In this document: positions 11,778 to 22,643 of the stretch, one piece after another | Numbering within the stretch: the stretch's first letter is position 1 | Layout: each line of letters opens with the position of its first letter | Assembly (NCBI RefSeq): GCF_001194135.2 | Contig: NC_068988.1 | Location: forward strand, 38,163,193-38,227,192 | DNA length: 64,000 bases | Source: Octopus bimaculoides | Lineage: Eukaryota | Reading direction: 5' to 3' | Translations under genes and position numbers: made by a program | The notes under the pieces: generated by a model | What the model was told of the DNA's origin: nothing | Database searches by the model: none | Seen by the model: the letters and a program-made list of their open reading frames with translations, nothing else

Positions 11778-11992
11778 TTCTCTTCTAGGCACAAGGCCCG
11801 AAATTTTTGGGGAGGGGGCCAATCGATTAGATCGACCCCAGTATGCAACTGGTACTTAATTTATTGACTTTGAAAGGATGAAAGGCAAAGTCATCCTTGG
11901 CGGAATTTGAACTCAGAACATAAAGACAGATAAAATATCACTAAGCATTTTGCCCGGCATGCTAACATTTCTGCCAGCTTTGCCGCCTTAAG
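11778..11992 (-). mobile_element. tRNA-derived SINE, family D
   Basis: Minus strand AGCTGGCAGAAATGTTAG..GAGTTCAAATTCC..GACTTTGCCTTTCATCCTTT..ATAAATTAAGTACC; central part resembles, from memory, the Meta/MESC-type conserved SINE domain. Confidence 0.8.
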
Positions 11993-12138
11993 TTGGTAAG
12001 AATAATGAGCATGATTGAGTGGTGAGGGAATAAGTTTGTCAGCATCAGAGTGATGCTGTAGACTTGTCATGCATGTCTAACACCATTTTAGTGGAATAGG
12101 CCAGATTATTCCATACAGAACTTAAATTTAAAAATTAT

Positions 12139-12490
12139 CATCATCATCATCAACATCATCATCATCATATTCATCATCATCATCATCATCATCATCATTT
12201 AGCATCTGCTTTCCATGCTGGCATGAGTTAGACAGTTTGACCGAAACTGGTAAGCTGGAGAGCTGCACCAAGTTCCAATCTTATTTGGCATGGTTTCTAT
12301 GGCTGGATGCCCACCCTTCTGAATGCCAACCACTCCAAGAGTGTAATGGGTGTCTCGACTATGATTTCACTTGGGTCTTCACTTGACGGGTCTTCTCAAG
12401 CATGGCATATTGCCAAGGGTCTCTGTCACTTGTCAATGCCTCCATGAGGCCCACCGTTTGATGGGTGCTTTTTATGTGCCACCAGCATTG
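12139..12490 (-). mobile_element. RTE LINE 3' tail with ORF2-end fragment
   Basis: (CAT)n terminus; 12365-12452 matches the ORF2 C-terminal/stop region. Confidence 0.75.
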
Positions 12491-12496
12491 TGTTTA

Positions 12497-12655
12497 AAGG
12501 TGTGGCTGTGTGGGAAGAAGCTTGTTTTCCAACCACAAGGTTCTAGGTTCAGTTCAATTGCATGGCACCTTAGGCCAGTGTCTTCTACTATAACTTCAGG
12601 CAGATCAAAGCCTTGTGAGTGGGTTTGGTAGACAGAAACTGAAAGAAGCCCGCTG
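12497..12655 (+). mobile_element. SINE family B, 5' part
   Basis: Head and central domain as at 5201. Confidence 0.8.
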
Positions 12656-12845
12656 TGGCAATTTTTCCTTGTTTTTGCTTCTTTCTCTTTGGACTCTTCT
12701 CTTTCCGATGAAGAACTATGCTTGAAGCATTAATAACTCTCTCCTTTCACCAAGCATCTAATTAATATATTGCTTGTGCACATCTTCACGGTTTTCTCAT
12801 TTTACTCTGTTTTTTAATTGTTTGTTCTTTGAATTGACTATGTAT
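12655..12845 (+). mobile_element. Family F Penelope-derived repeat with decayed hammerhead core (12702-12735)
   Basis: TTT-CCGATGA-A-GAACTATGCTT-GAAGCATT; flanks match 10204 and 49415 copies. Confidence 0.5.
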
Positions 12846-14337
12846 GCAATAGATCCTGCTTTATAAATCCACTGATAATAAATCCACCCACTTAATATAT
12901 CCAAAATAGGTTGGGATGGAATTTTTACACATAAAATCTCTCATTTAATAAATCCAAATCATCACTTAATAAATCCAGTTATTGCTATTTCTTTCTAAAG
13001 TTTCAGCAAGTGGCAGTGAATGAATGAAATGTTTTTTTTTCACTCTTAAATACTGACAGGTAGGCTCCAGCAGCCACTGCTACCCAGCTGTCATGTGGTT
13101 CACTCCATCATCCAAAAATAGATCAATAAATATGTAGTAGCTAGTGGTAGCTGCTGGAGCCTACCATACAACCTTGTCATTCAAGTAAAAAAGAAGGCTC
13201 TGGGACACCTCCTGTCAAAATTACATACCCTTCTCATTCATTGGATAATGGAGTGTACCATGTGACAGCTGGCTGGTTGTGGCTGCTGAAGCCTACCTGT
13301 CGGTATTTAAGTGCAAAAAAACACATTATTCATCATTCACGAAGAGAGGCAGATACACACACAAGTTGTTCAAAATGTTCAAAATGAAAAGAGAGGGGCA
13401 GGCTTGGGAATTTCAAGAGGTCTGCTCCAGAATTTTCTAAAGAATGAGGATGACTTTCGTGCTAAAGAACATGGCGGCAGTTCATCAAAGAGAAAGTGCC
13501 AACGAAAGGGAAAAGACCACCAGATAGACTATGCTCTCTATGATTGGTTTCCATTTATTTGCTCGAGAAATATCCCCATCAATGGCCTGATCCTAATGCA
13601 CAAAGTCAACACCATTGCTCAAGCTGCTGGATACAATTTTAAGGCATCCAAAGGTTGGTTTTACTGTTGGCAAAAAAAACATGGTTCTAAAAGATAAGCT
13701 TTGTAGTTCAGTAGTTCACATTTTCCTCTTTAGAGAACACAAACTAAACATTTCATACATTGCAGGTGACGCAGCTGATGTTGATGGAGCCTATCAGTTT
13801 CATGAGACAACCATGCAGCTTCTTTTGAAATCATATCAGTCAAGGACATCTATAATGCCGATGAAACTGGGATCTACTTTCATGCATTATCAAGGAATAC
13901 ATATGTAGACAAGAGTTGCAAGAAAACTATGAGGGCTTTAAGATGGCAAAGGACCATATGACCTTGATGGTGGCTTGCAACATGAATGGAGACAAAGAAG
14001 GCTTGCTCTTAATCAGAAAGGCTGGTTCATCAAGATGTTTCAAAAATGTCAAAATGCTTCCCATTCAGTATGACCTTTCAACCAATGTTTGGATGACAGA
14101 AAAAAATGTACGGAAGATGGCTCAGATCTTGGGATCGTCATTTGCAGGAATCTAGAAGACAAGTGGTGGTCCTCCTTGACAATTGCTCTTCTCATGTAGT
14201 CATCGATTATCTCAAAGATATCACTTTAAAATTTCTTCCTCCCAACACAACATCAGTGCTGCAGCCCTGTGACATGGGGATAATGAAGACCTTGAAAGCC
14301 TACTTCAGACATGAAATGCAGGAGAAGACCATTGATG

Positions 14338-14867
14338 GAGTAAAGATTTTTGCCAATATAACATGGCAGTCCTGGTTTAGGATGAATGTTGCTGTAATTT
14401 AGTCCCAGGAGAGATGGTCTCCAGCTGGCTATATGACACAATCTGTGTCCTTATATTTTCAAACATGGGAATCTAGCACCCTCACTCAGCTCAAAACAAT
14501 ATCTGTGCATTGCGATTTCCAGGTTATTTCCCTTCATCAGCACAGAATAATTGTTTGGCTAGAGGTGGCGCTGCCAAATTCTTGCTTGAAATATATAGTT
14601 TTCTAAGTGACAACTAGTCACTGATCTATAAATTAGAAAATTACTATTTTTAAATCTCACAAGAGATATTCAGCAACAGTACTTTGGAGTAAAGATTTTT
14701 GCCAACATAACATGGCAGTACTGTCATATAGCCAGCTGGAGACGATGTCTCCTGGGGCAACATTCGTCCTAAACGAGGACTGCCATGTTATGTTGGCAAA
14801 CAATCTTTACTCCAAAGTACTGTTGTTGAATATCTCTCGTTGTGAGATTTAAAAATAGTAATTTTCT
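14338..14867. mobile_element. Foldback insertion with hammerhead-like motif, probably Penelope-derived
   Basis: Flanked by AAGACCATTGATG (14325-14337) and AAGATCATTGATG (14868-14880); nested inverted repeats; transposase reading resumes after it. Confidence 0.75.
14502..14546 (-). ncRNA. Hammerhead ribozyme-like motif, decayed
   Basis: TCTGTG-CTGATGA-AGG-GAAATAA-CCT-G-GAA-ATCGCAAT-G-CACAGA; 6-bp stem I. Confidence 0.55.
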
Positions 14868-15639
14868 AAGATCATTGATGTTATGGAAGACACTGAATGT
14901 GACATTTTTGCCCAAGAAGTTGCAAAACAGATCACCATTTTGGATATCATGTATGTGTTAACTGTAGCTTGGAAGAAGGTTTCTAGCCAGACAATCAAAC
15001 ATTGTTGGAGCAAAGCAGGTTTTGTTTCGGCCAAAGAATCAAATGAAGCCATAGATGTTAATGAAGATTTGATCCTGCCTTCACCACCTACTGGATTGGC
15101 CAAAAAGCAATTCAAGAATTAGTTGTCCATAGATGATGGTGCATTTGTTGCTCCAGAGATGATCACTGGAGCAGAAAAACTAGATGAGATCATTCACGAC
15201 ATTCGGCAATATGAGAAGAAAACTGAAAGAGATGAAGATGATGATTCTGATGTTGATGTTAATGAAAGAGTTCCAGCGCCTCCAACACCTGCTGAAATGA
15301 GACACAATCTCACTCGATTAGAAAATGGCCTTGAAAGTTTTGATTTCAGTGACTTGAATCTTTTTAGAACTCTTAAGGAAAAAAATCAATGCAGAGTTGC
15401 AAACAAAGTGTGCAGCAAAGCAAACAACACTCGACAAATTTTTCATTCTATGACATTGTTTATAATGTTTTTATTTGTGTATTTGCATATGTATATATTT
15501 TAATAAATACACATGTTTAATCAATCAGCGAATTTTGTTCCTTCGGTTAATCAATCCCTTATTTAATAAATCCAAAATAGGCAGTCCCAAGATGAATTTA
15601 TAAAGTGGGGTCCACTGTGTATAAATATATATATATATA

Positions 15640-15764
15640 TATATCCACATGGTTCTGGGTTCAGTCCTATTGCATGGCACCTTGAGAAAGTGTCTTCTGC
15701 TATAGTGTTGGGTAAACCAAGTCCTTGTGAGTGGATTTGGTGGATAGAAACTAAAAGAAGTCTG

Positions 15765-15824
<60 letters not shown>

Positions 15825-16000
15825 ACGTATATATCTGTGTGTGTGTCTTTGTGTCTGTGTTTGTCTGCTCATCACAGTTTGACAACCAGTGTTGGCATGT
15901 TCATCTTCCTGTAACTTAGTGGTTCAGCAAAAGATACCAATAAAAAAAATACTAGGCTTAAAAAAATAAGTCCTGGGGTCAATTTGTTCAACTTAAAACC
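15640..16000 (+). mobile_element. SINE family B
   Basis: Central domain, expanded internal (TA)n, 3' part as at 5201. Confidence 0.8.
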
Positions 16001-16254
16001 CTTCACAAGTAAAAAATAAAAGATGACGTATTATTTTCTAATACAAGTGTGTCATGAGAGAGATTTGGCACATATGTTCTTAATTCAAATCCCTGAGAAT
16101 GCATTTTTTTCTTTCTTTATTCCATCAGTATAAATGTAAGAAAAATAAATATCAAGGAAGTTCAGTGGACCCCAATAAACTATTCTCTCCACATATTTTC
16201 TGCATAATATTCCTCTATACATATTTTCTAACTTGTCTCTACATTATCAGCTAA

Positions 16255-17045
16255 CAACCAGAAGCCCTCCTTATCTGCAGGGGTCAGCTTTCCAAGACTG
16301 TCTAGCTGCCTCAGCATTGTGCTGCATGCAGGCAATCAGCCAGGTTCTTGTTTGTAGTTCATTCTTTGATGTTATCAATCCAAAAACATCTTAGATAGCC
16401 TCTTGAATCTCTTGTCTTTCACACCTTCCTGCCAGGGTGGTCTTGTGCAATGACTTGTTGCACATTGTATATCAAAAATATGATAGCTTTGTGAACTTCC
16501 TTTTTTTTCACTGTTTTCACAGATTCCCAGGTCTCTCTGTCACCATCCAATTCCATTATTATGAATTTGAATAGAGCCGTAGAAAATCTTTCATTAGCTA
16601 ATTTCACAACCAAAGACACCACTCCTATCGACGTATTGCAGTTACTTTTTTGATAAAGCTTGGTGATCCTGATTATTGATAATCTGAGATTCTTCTACTC
16701 AGCATCAATGTAAGAAGCTCCATTAGCTCAGCTGAGCTCTTCTGCTATCTTTTTACAATCTGCCATGCTGCAGTCCCATAACTTTGCCGCATCCCTGGCA
16801 GGGTGGCTGAATGGGTATTATGCCTTGCCAAAGAGCAGCCTGCAACTGTGCAGGGCACCGTCATCACTCCGTGAGGAATTTTCAAAATACCTGCATATTT
16901 CAAAATACTTGCATATCTATTGTGGACTTGATTCTCAACGATAGGTGTCTTGGGATTTTAAGCTTTTTTAATACTGCAGTATTTGTCACTCTGTCTTTCT
17001 GGCTTATTCTGATCAATTTACAAACGAACCTTCTACACGCATCTA
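16255..17045 (-). pseudogene. Old RTE-type LINE C-terminal fragments
   Basis: RRFVCKLIRISQKDRVTNTAVLKKL (16930-17045) and HKTTLAGR..WIDNIKE*T (16260-16520) resemble RTE ORF2 end. Confidence 0.55.
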
Positions 17046-17064
17046 CTTTATAGCTAACCCCCAC

Positions 17065-17300
17065 ACATTTTCCATTTAACTTATCTTTACACATTTTCTA
17101 TATAACCTTCTACCACACATATTTTCCACATAACTTACCTCTACATGCATTTTCCACATAATCTTCCCCGACACATTTTCTGTATAACCTTCTGCAGCAC
17201 ACATTTTCCACATAACTTACCTCTATATACGTTTTCTATATAATCTTCCCCTACTTCACACAATTTCTATATAACCTCCTCCACATACATTTTCTGCTAT
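17065..17300. repeat. Minisatellite, about 27-29 bp unit (ACACATTTTCCACATAACTTACCTCT), about 8 diverged copies
   Basis: Direct inspection; similar units also at 16185-16250. Confidence 0.75.
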
Positions 17301-17856
17301 GTGCCAACGTAAAGAACCATTATTATTATTATTATTATTATTTTTTATGTATACATATACATAAGTTCTTTCAAAAGCACAGAGAAAAAGAAAATCCTTT
17401 GCTTACATAGACATGTATCAAATGATATAATGCACTTATGCATGAATGCTATGTAAGTGCTGGCATATCATTTTTTAGCAGATTCATTGAAAAAAAATCA
17501 TGGAAATTGTTGGTTGTCATAAAGATGTAGTCAATAGATGCAGAACAAACTCTTAGACAATCAATCAATATAGGTTGCTTGTATCAAACTCGTTGAATCA
17601 ATAATCAATAAGCATTTTCCATTTTTTTTTGTTAGTTCTACTCATTTTTTTTCTATTTTTTTCTCCTGTTTCTTTGGGAAGTTCTAGTTGTTTGTATAAA
17701 CATCAAGTCTTTAGCCATTTATTATTATCATTGTTGTGTTTAATAATATTGTTGCCAATGCTGCTGCCAATGCAGCTCCTGCTGCTCCTGCTGTTGTGCC
17801 TCCTCCTCCTCCTCCTCCTACTACTACTACTACTGTTGTTGCTGCTGCTGCTGCTG

Positions 17857-17895
<39 letters not shown>

Positions 17896-18014
17896 TTTGT
17901 TGAAGTTATTGCAGTTCTTCTTCTTCTCCCTTCTTTCTCCTCAGCCCTTCAACCTCTTCCTCTTTCCCTCCCTCTCCTTTTCCACCTTCATCCCCTTCTT
18001 CGTCTCCCCCCCCA

Positions 18015-18250
18015 CTCAGGCACATGCATCACAACCATATCTGCATGACATGAGGATCTCATATCAAGATAAGCAGTGCATGACCTTGCAGGTGGGGCCC
18101 AGTTAGAATTTTCTTCAGCTTAAGTAGCCCATCCCACTCAAAAGGTCCCTGAATAAGGGTTGTTTAAGGATGATGAATGAAACACTCATGTTTCCAGGAG
18201 TTAATTATTCAAACCCCAAAGAATTCCTCTCAACACATGGCTGTGATGGT
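18015..18250 (+). repeat. Unclassified interspersed repeat (family E), partial
   Basis: Matches 28460-28690 (TTGCAGGTGGGGCCCAGTTAGAATTTTCTTCAG..). Confidence 0.75.
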
Positions 18251-18420
18251 CAGTGGTATTTCATCTGTCTTCATACTCTGAGTTCAAAATCCGCCGAGGT
18301 CATCTTTGCCTTTCATCCTTTTGTGGTTTGATAAATTAAGTACCAATTAAACACTAGGGTTGATCTTGTCCCCCACCAACAAATTTCAGACCTTGTACCT
18401 ATAGTAGAAAAGATTATTAT
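18250..18420 (+). mobile_element. SINE family D, 5'-truncated
   Basis: CTGAGTTCAAAATCC..CTTTGCCTTTCATCCTTT.. Confidence 0.75.
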
Positions 18421-18894
18421 TATTATTATTACTTTTTTTTTACTTTTAATCTGTATGTTTGTTACAGTCACCAGCTGAGAGACACCTAGTGTCCTGGGGC
18501 GAGTGAAGGATAAGAGATGTTACAATATGACTGAAAGCTTATAAAATTCAGCAGGCAAAACTTGATCCTATTTTCTACCAAATTGTAGCAATGGAACTCG
18601 ATTTCTTGTGAGAAATCAGCTTAGAGGAAGAATTCAAATAATTTAGAAAAAATTTTTTAAATGTTGCATATCACCAGACAAACATATATAATATATAAGC
18701 ACATAAATAGATAAACACTGAATAATTTATCACTTGGATTTTCTGGATTTTCAATTACACAGATATTTCATGTTAAACTACTTTGTAATTGATTGCTATG
18801 TGAACTGATAGCCAAATCTGTAGGAGGAGCTGAGTGTGATAGCCACACAATACTTTAAATTCATATTTTATAAACAACTCCTTTATATGCACAC

Positions 18895-19035
18895 ACACAT
18901 AGAAAGGGCACCCAGGCATAGAAACCATGCCAAAACAGACACCGAGTTTGGACAGCTCATTGGCAGGCTAGCTCCTGTCAAACTGTCTGACCCATGTCAG
19001 CATGGAAAATAGACATCAAATGATGATGATGATTA
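18895..19035 (+). mobile_element. RTE LINE 3' tail, diverged
   Basis: GAAAGGGCACCCAG..ACCCATGTCAGCATGGAAAATAGACATCAAATGATGATG. Confidence 0.7.
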
Positions 19036-19125
19036 TCATCATCACACACACATACATGCATGTACATGCACACATGCAAGTGCATGCATGCACACGTGCA
19101 CACACACACACACAAGGCAGATATA

Positions 19126-19630
19126 ACACATCATCATCATCATCATCATCATCGTCGTCGTTTAACATCCGCTTTCCATGCTAGCATGGGTTGGACGATT
19201 TGACTGAGGACTGGTGAAACTAGATGGCTACACCAGCCTCCAATCTGATTTGACAGAGTTTCTACAGCTGGATGCCCTTCTTAACGCCAACCACTCAGAG
19301 AGTGTAGAGGGTGCTTTTACGTGCCACCGGCACGAAGGCCAGTCAGGCGGTACTGGCAATGGCCACGCTCAAAATGGTGTATTTTATGTGCCACCCACAC
19401 AAGAGCCAGTCCAGGGACACTGGCAACGATCTCGCTCGAAAGTCCTTACACATGCCGCGGGCAAAAGTGCCAGAAAGGCGACGCTGGGCACAGGTGCCAT
19501 CAAGATTTCGCTTTTGCTTGCCCCAGTAAGTCTTCACAAGCTGAGTTTCGTGTCCAATGAAGGAGACGATGTTGGCATGGGTGCCAGTCGTCGAATTTAA
19601 CTCGATTTCGATTTCACTTGCCTCAACAGG

Positions 19631-19632
<2 letters not shown>
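19126..19632 (-). mobile_element. RTE LINE 3' UTR and tail
   Basis: (CAT)n terminus, UTR modules, TTTCGATTTCACTTGCCTCAACAGGTCT. Confidence 0.85.
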
Positions 19633-19667
<35 letters not shown>

Positions 19668-19739
19668 ATATATATATATATATAAGTAGATAGATAGATA
19701 GATAGATATATCGATGGATAGATGGATAAATATAGATTT

Positions 19740-19920
19740 ATCTGAGTTTGTATAATTGTGTATAGAGTTCCACAGTTGACAATTGTGGAACACAACTGTC
19801 ACTACATAAACCTGATGATTGCATAATGCATGAAAGTACTAGCTTATTCCAATATTGTAAAATTGTAAAAATTGCAAATGATAAAAACTGAAAACCAGAC
19901 TTAGTGGAAATTTCTTTGAT
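19740..19920 (+). mobile_element. Penelope-like terminal repeat with hammerhead motif at 19808-19845
   Basis: AAAC-CTGATGA-T-TGCA-TAA-TGCA-T-GAA-AGTACT-A-GCTT; ends at (TA)n. Confidence 0.55.
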
Positions 19921-19972
19921 TTATATATATACAATATATATATATATACAATATATATATATATATATATAT

Positions 19973-19974
<2 letters not shown>

Positions 19975-20008
<34 letters not shown>

Positions 20009-20756
20009 GTTTAACGTCCGCCTTCCATGCTAGCATGAGTTGGACGATTTGACTGAGGACTGGCGAACCAGATGGCTACACCAGGCTCCAATCTGATTTG
20101 GCAGAGTTTCTACAGCTGGATGCCCTTCCTAACGCCAACCACTCTGAGAGTGTAGTGGGTTCTTTTACGTGCCATCAGCATGAGGGCCAGTCAGGCGGTA
20201 CTGGCAACAGCCATGCTCAAAATGGTGTATTTTACGTGCCACCTGCACAGGAGCCAGTTCAGTGGCACTGGCAACAACCTCGCTCGAATGTTTTTTCATG
20301 TGCCACCGGCACAAGTGCCAGTAAGGCAACGCTGGTAACGACCACTCTCAAATGGTACTATTTACGTGCCACTGGCACGGAAGTCAGACAGCTGCTCTGG
20401 CAATGATCACGCTTGGACGGTGCTCTTAGTGTTCCACTGGTACAGGTGCCATCACGATTTCGATTTCACTTGCTCCCAACAGCCGAGTTTAGTGTCCAAT
20501 CATTGAATTTGGTTTGATTTCGATTTCGATTTCACTTACTTCAACAGGTCTTCGTAAGTGGAGTTTAGTGTCCAATGAAGGAAAAGCACGCATAAGTGGG
20601 CTGGCTACACCCCTAGCAGAGGCCTCGGATTATGGTCTCACTTGGCTTGCTGGATCTTCTCATGCACAGCATATTTCCAAAGGTCTCGGTCACAAGTCAT
20701 TGCCTCAGTGAGGCCTAATGTTTGAAGGTCATGCTTCACCACCTCATCCCAGGTCG
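19975..20756 (-). mobile_element. 5'-truncated RTE LINE (ORF2 end, full 3' UTR, tail)
   Basis: Minus strand TWDEVVKHDLQTLGLTEAMTCDRDLWKYAVHEKIQQAK* at about 20640-20756; five UTR modules; (GAT)n tail. Confidence 0.9.
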
Positions 20757-21033
20757 TATATTTAAACACATAAGAGGTATCCATCATAGGATTCCTTGCA
20801 CGCTAGAAGGAACAGCTAAAATCCCAACCACTATTAGGTATAAATTTCGAAGGGAATGAAAAATAAAAACATTTACCATCTATCTCCTGGACCATGATTT
20901 CAGGAGATAGATGGTAAATGTTTTTATTTTTCATTTCCTTCAAAATGTATCCCTAATAGTGGTTTGGATTTTAGCTGCTCTTTCTAGCGTTCAAGGAACC
21001 CTTTGATGGATACCTCTTATGTGTTTAAATGTA
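20757..21033. repeat. Foldback palindrome (133-bp arms, 11-nt loop), probable MITE
   Basis: Arms 20757-20889 and 20901-21033 about 90% reverse-complementary by eye; inner about 35 bp perfect. Confidence 0.85.
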
Positions 21034-21154
21034 CACTGTATTTATATGAATAATATATAGTCTATTGACTAAATTTTTTTACACGCTAGGCCACTGGTAA
21101 TAGAATTTCTAATATTTTTTATTACCCTGATATTATTATTCATTATTATTAATT

Positions 21155-21211
<57 letters not shown>

Positions 21212-21260
21212 CACACACACACACACATACATATATATACAGTATATATATATATATATA

Positions 21261-21480
21261 TCATCATCATCATCATCAATATCGTTTAACGTCCGTTTTC
21301 CATGGTAGCATGGGTTGGACAGTTCGACTGGGGTCTGGGAAGCCAGGAGGCTGCACGAGGCTCCAGTCTGATCTGGCAGTGTTTCTACAGCCAGATGCCC
21401 TTCCTAATGTCAACCACCCCATGAATGTAGTGGGTGCCTTTTACATGCCACCGGCACAGGGGCCAGAGGAGGCTGGTGAC
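21261..21480 (-). mobile_element. RTE LINE 3' tail
   Basis: Same terminus; abuts (TA)n. Confidence 0.85.
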
Positions 21481-21499
21481 GGTATATATATATATACAC

Positions 21500-21581
21500 A
21501 CCAGCATTTGCATGTGTATGTGCGTGCATATCTATCTATCTATCTCTATATCAATCAGTTTGCCTATCTATCTGTCTGTCA

Positions 21582-21643
<62 letters not shown>

Positions 21644-21948
21644 GTATATATATATATATAAACGTCTGGATAGAATAGAGACAGCTGATGAAGGGATATT
21701 CCAAGGGGCTTTCCGTTTTCCTATGTGTTCGTTCCGTTGTCTGTAGTTTATTGTTCTAACGTCCTGTACCCTGATATGCATGTATATACACATGTAGATG
21801 TAAGTATGTACATATATGTGTGTATACATGTATATATATTCTTTGTATTATATATATATGTATATATATATATATAAATATACACACACATACTTGCATA
21901 CATACCTAAATGCAAACTTGTGCACATATGTATATTAAATGTGAAAAC

Positions 21949-21983
<35 letters not shown>

Positions 21984-22605
21984 CCATTCATACTTATACA
22001 CATAAAGCCACCAGTACGTAAACATTTCAAGGGTCTATCATGGGCTGGCAGAGAACCGGAAAAAAAAAAAAATTCATAGAGAAATCCAATTAGTCTGCTA
22101 TTTACACAAGCGTACTACTGATAAGTTCAATCAAAACATAATGATTAAGAGGTTCAAACAGCAACAAACACTACAATAACTAACAAAAACAAAAGCAAAA
22201 ACAACCCGAAAAGAAAGGCAAAAAAATAGAAAGAAATGTAAATAAATATATATAGCAAAGATTGCAATCTGGCGCTTTCGGAAAAATTGTCCAGGTAAAT
22301 AGAGCAAAAATAGTTGGTGAATCATGTGATTCCCTATTTGGTAAAATGCCATATTCTCAAGTAGTGTTAACGTTGATTTTGTTGGTGCTGAGATCATTAA
22401 AACTAACTCAACATCTAATGTAATGAATATATTAATATATACACACACACACACATATATACACTTATATATATATATTAATATACATACATATATATAG
22501 AGACACACACATATATATATATATATATGCATGCATATATATACACATATATATGTATATATGCATGCATTCATATGTACATACATACCTACATACGTAT
22601 ATACA

Positions 22606-22643
<38 letters not shown>

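Larger units (their letters stand above)
13330..15440 (+). pseudogene. Tigger-type transposase (HTH CENP-B plus DDE_1), frameshifted and interrupted
   Basis: FKASKGWF; IYNADET (alternate frame near 13850); KMAKDHMTLMVACNMNGDK; VVLLDNCSSH; LKFLPPNTTSVLQPCDMGI; ITILDIMYVLTVAWKKVSSQTIKHCWSKAGF. Confidence 0.9.
12847..15617 (+). mobile_element. Tigger/pogo (CENP-B-like) DNA transposon
   Basis: Imperfect TIRs CAATAGATCCTGCTTTATAAATCCA and TGAATTTATAAAGTGGGGTCCACTG; encloses disrupted transposase. Confidence 0.85.

Noticed and set aside
13311-15503. Domesticated TIGD/CENP-B-like host gene
   Set aside because: Multiple frameshifts and stops, a 530-bp insertion and retained TIRs indicate a dead transposon
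17629-18048. 139-aa Leu-rich signal-peptide-like ORF
   Set aside because: Built from (CTA/CTG/CTC)n microsatellite and runs into family E repeat
20155-20445. CRISPR-like reading of the repeat-and-spacer pattern
   Set aside because: Eukaryotic context, no cas genes, spacers are homologous to one another, and the array lies in a LINE 3' UTR
21660-21705. CTGATGAAGGGATATTCC as a hammerhead
   Set aside because: No GAAA after stem II and no valid NUH triplet; at most a broken Penelope terminus
22256-22294. QRLQSGAFGKIVQ followed by GTAAAT, resembling a kinase glycine-rich loop mini-exon
   Set aside because: No pyrimidine tract at the acceptor, no other kinase exons found; likely chance
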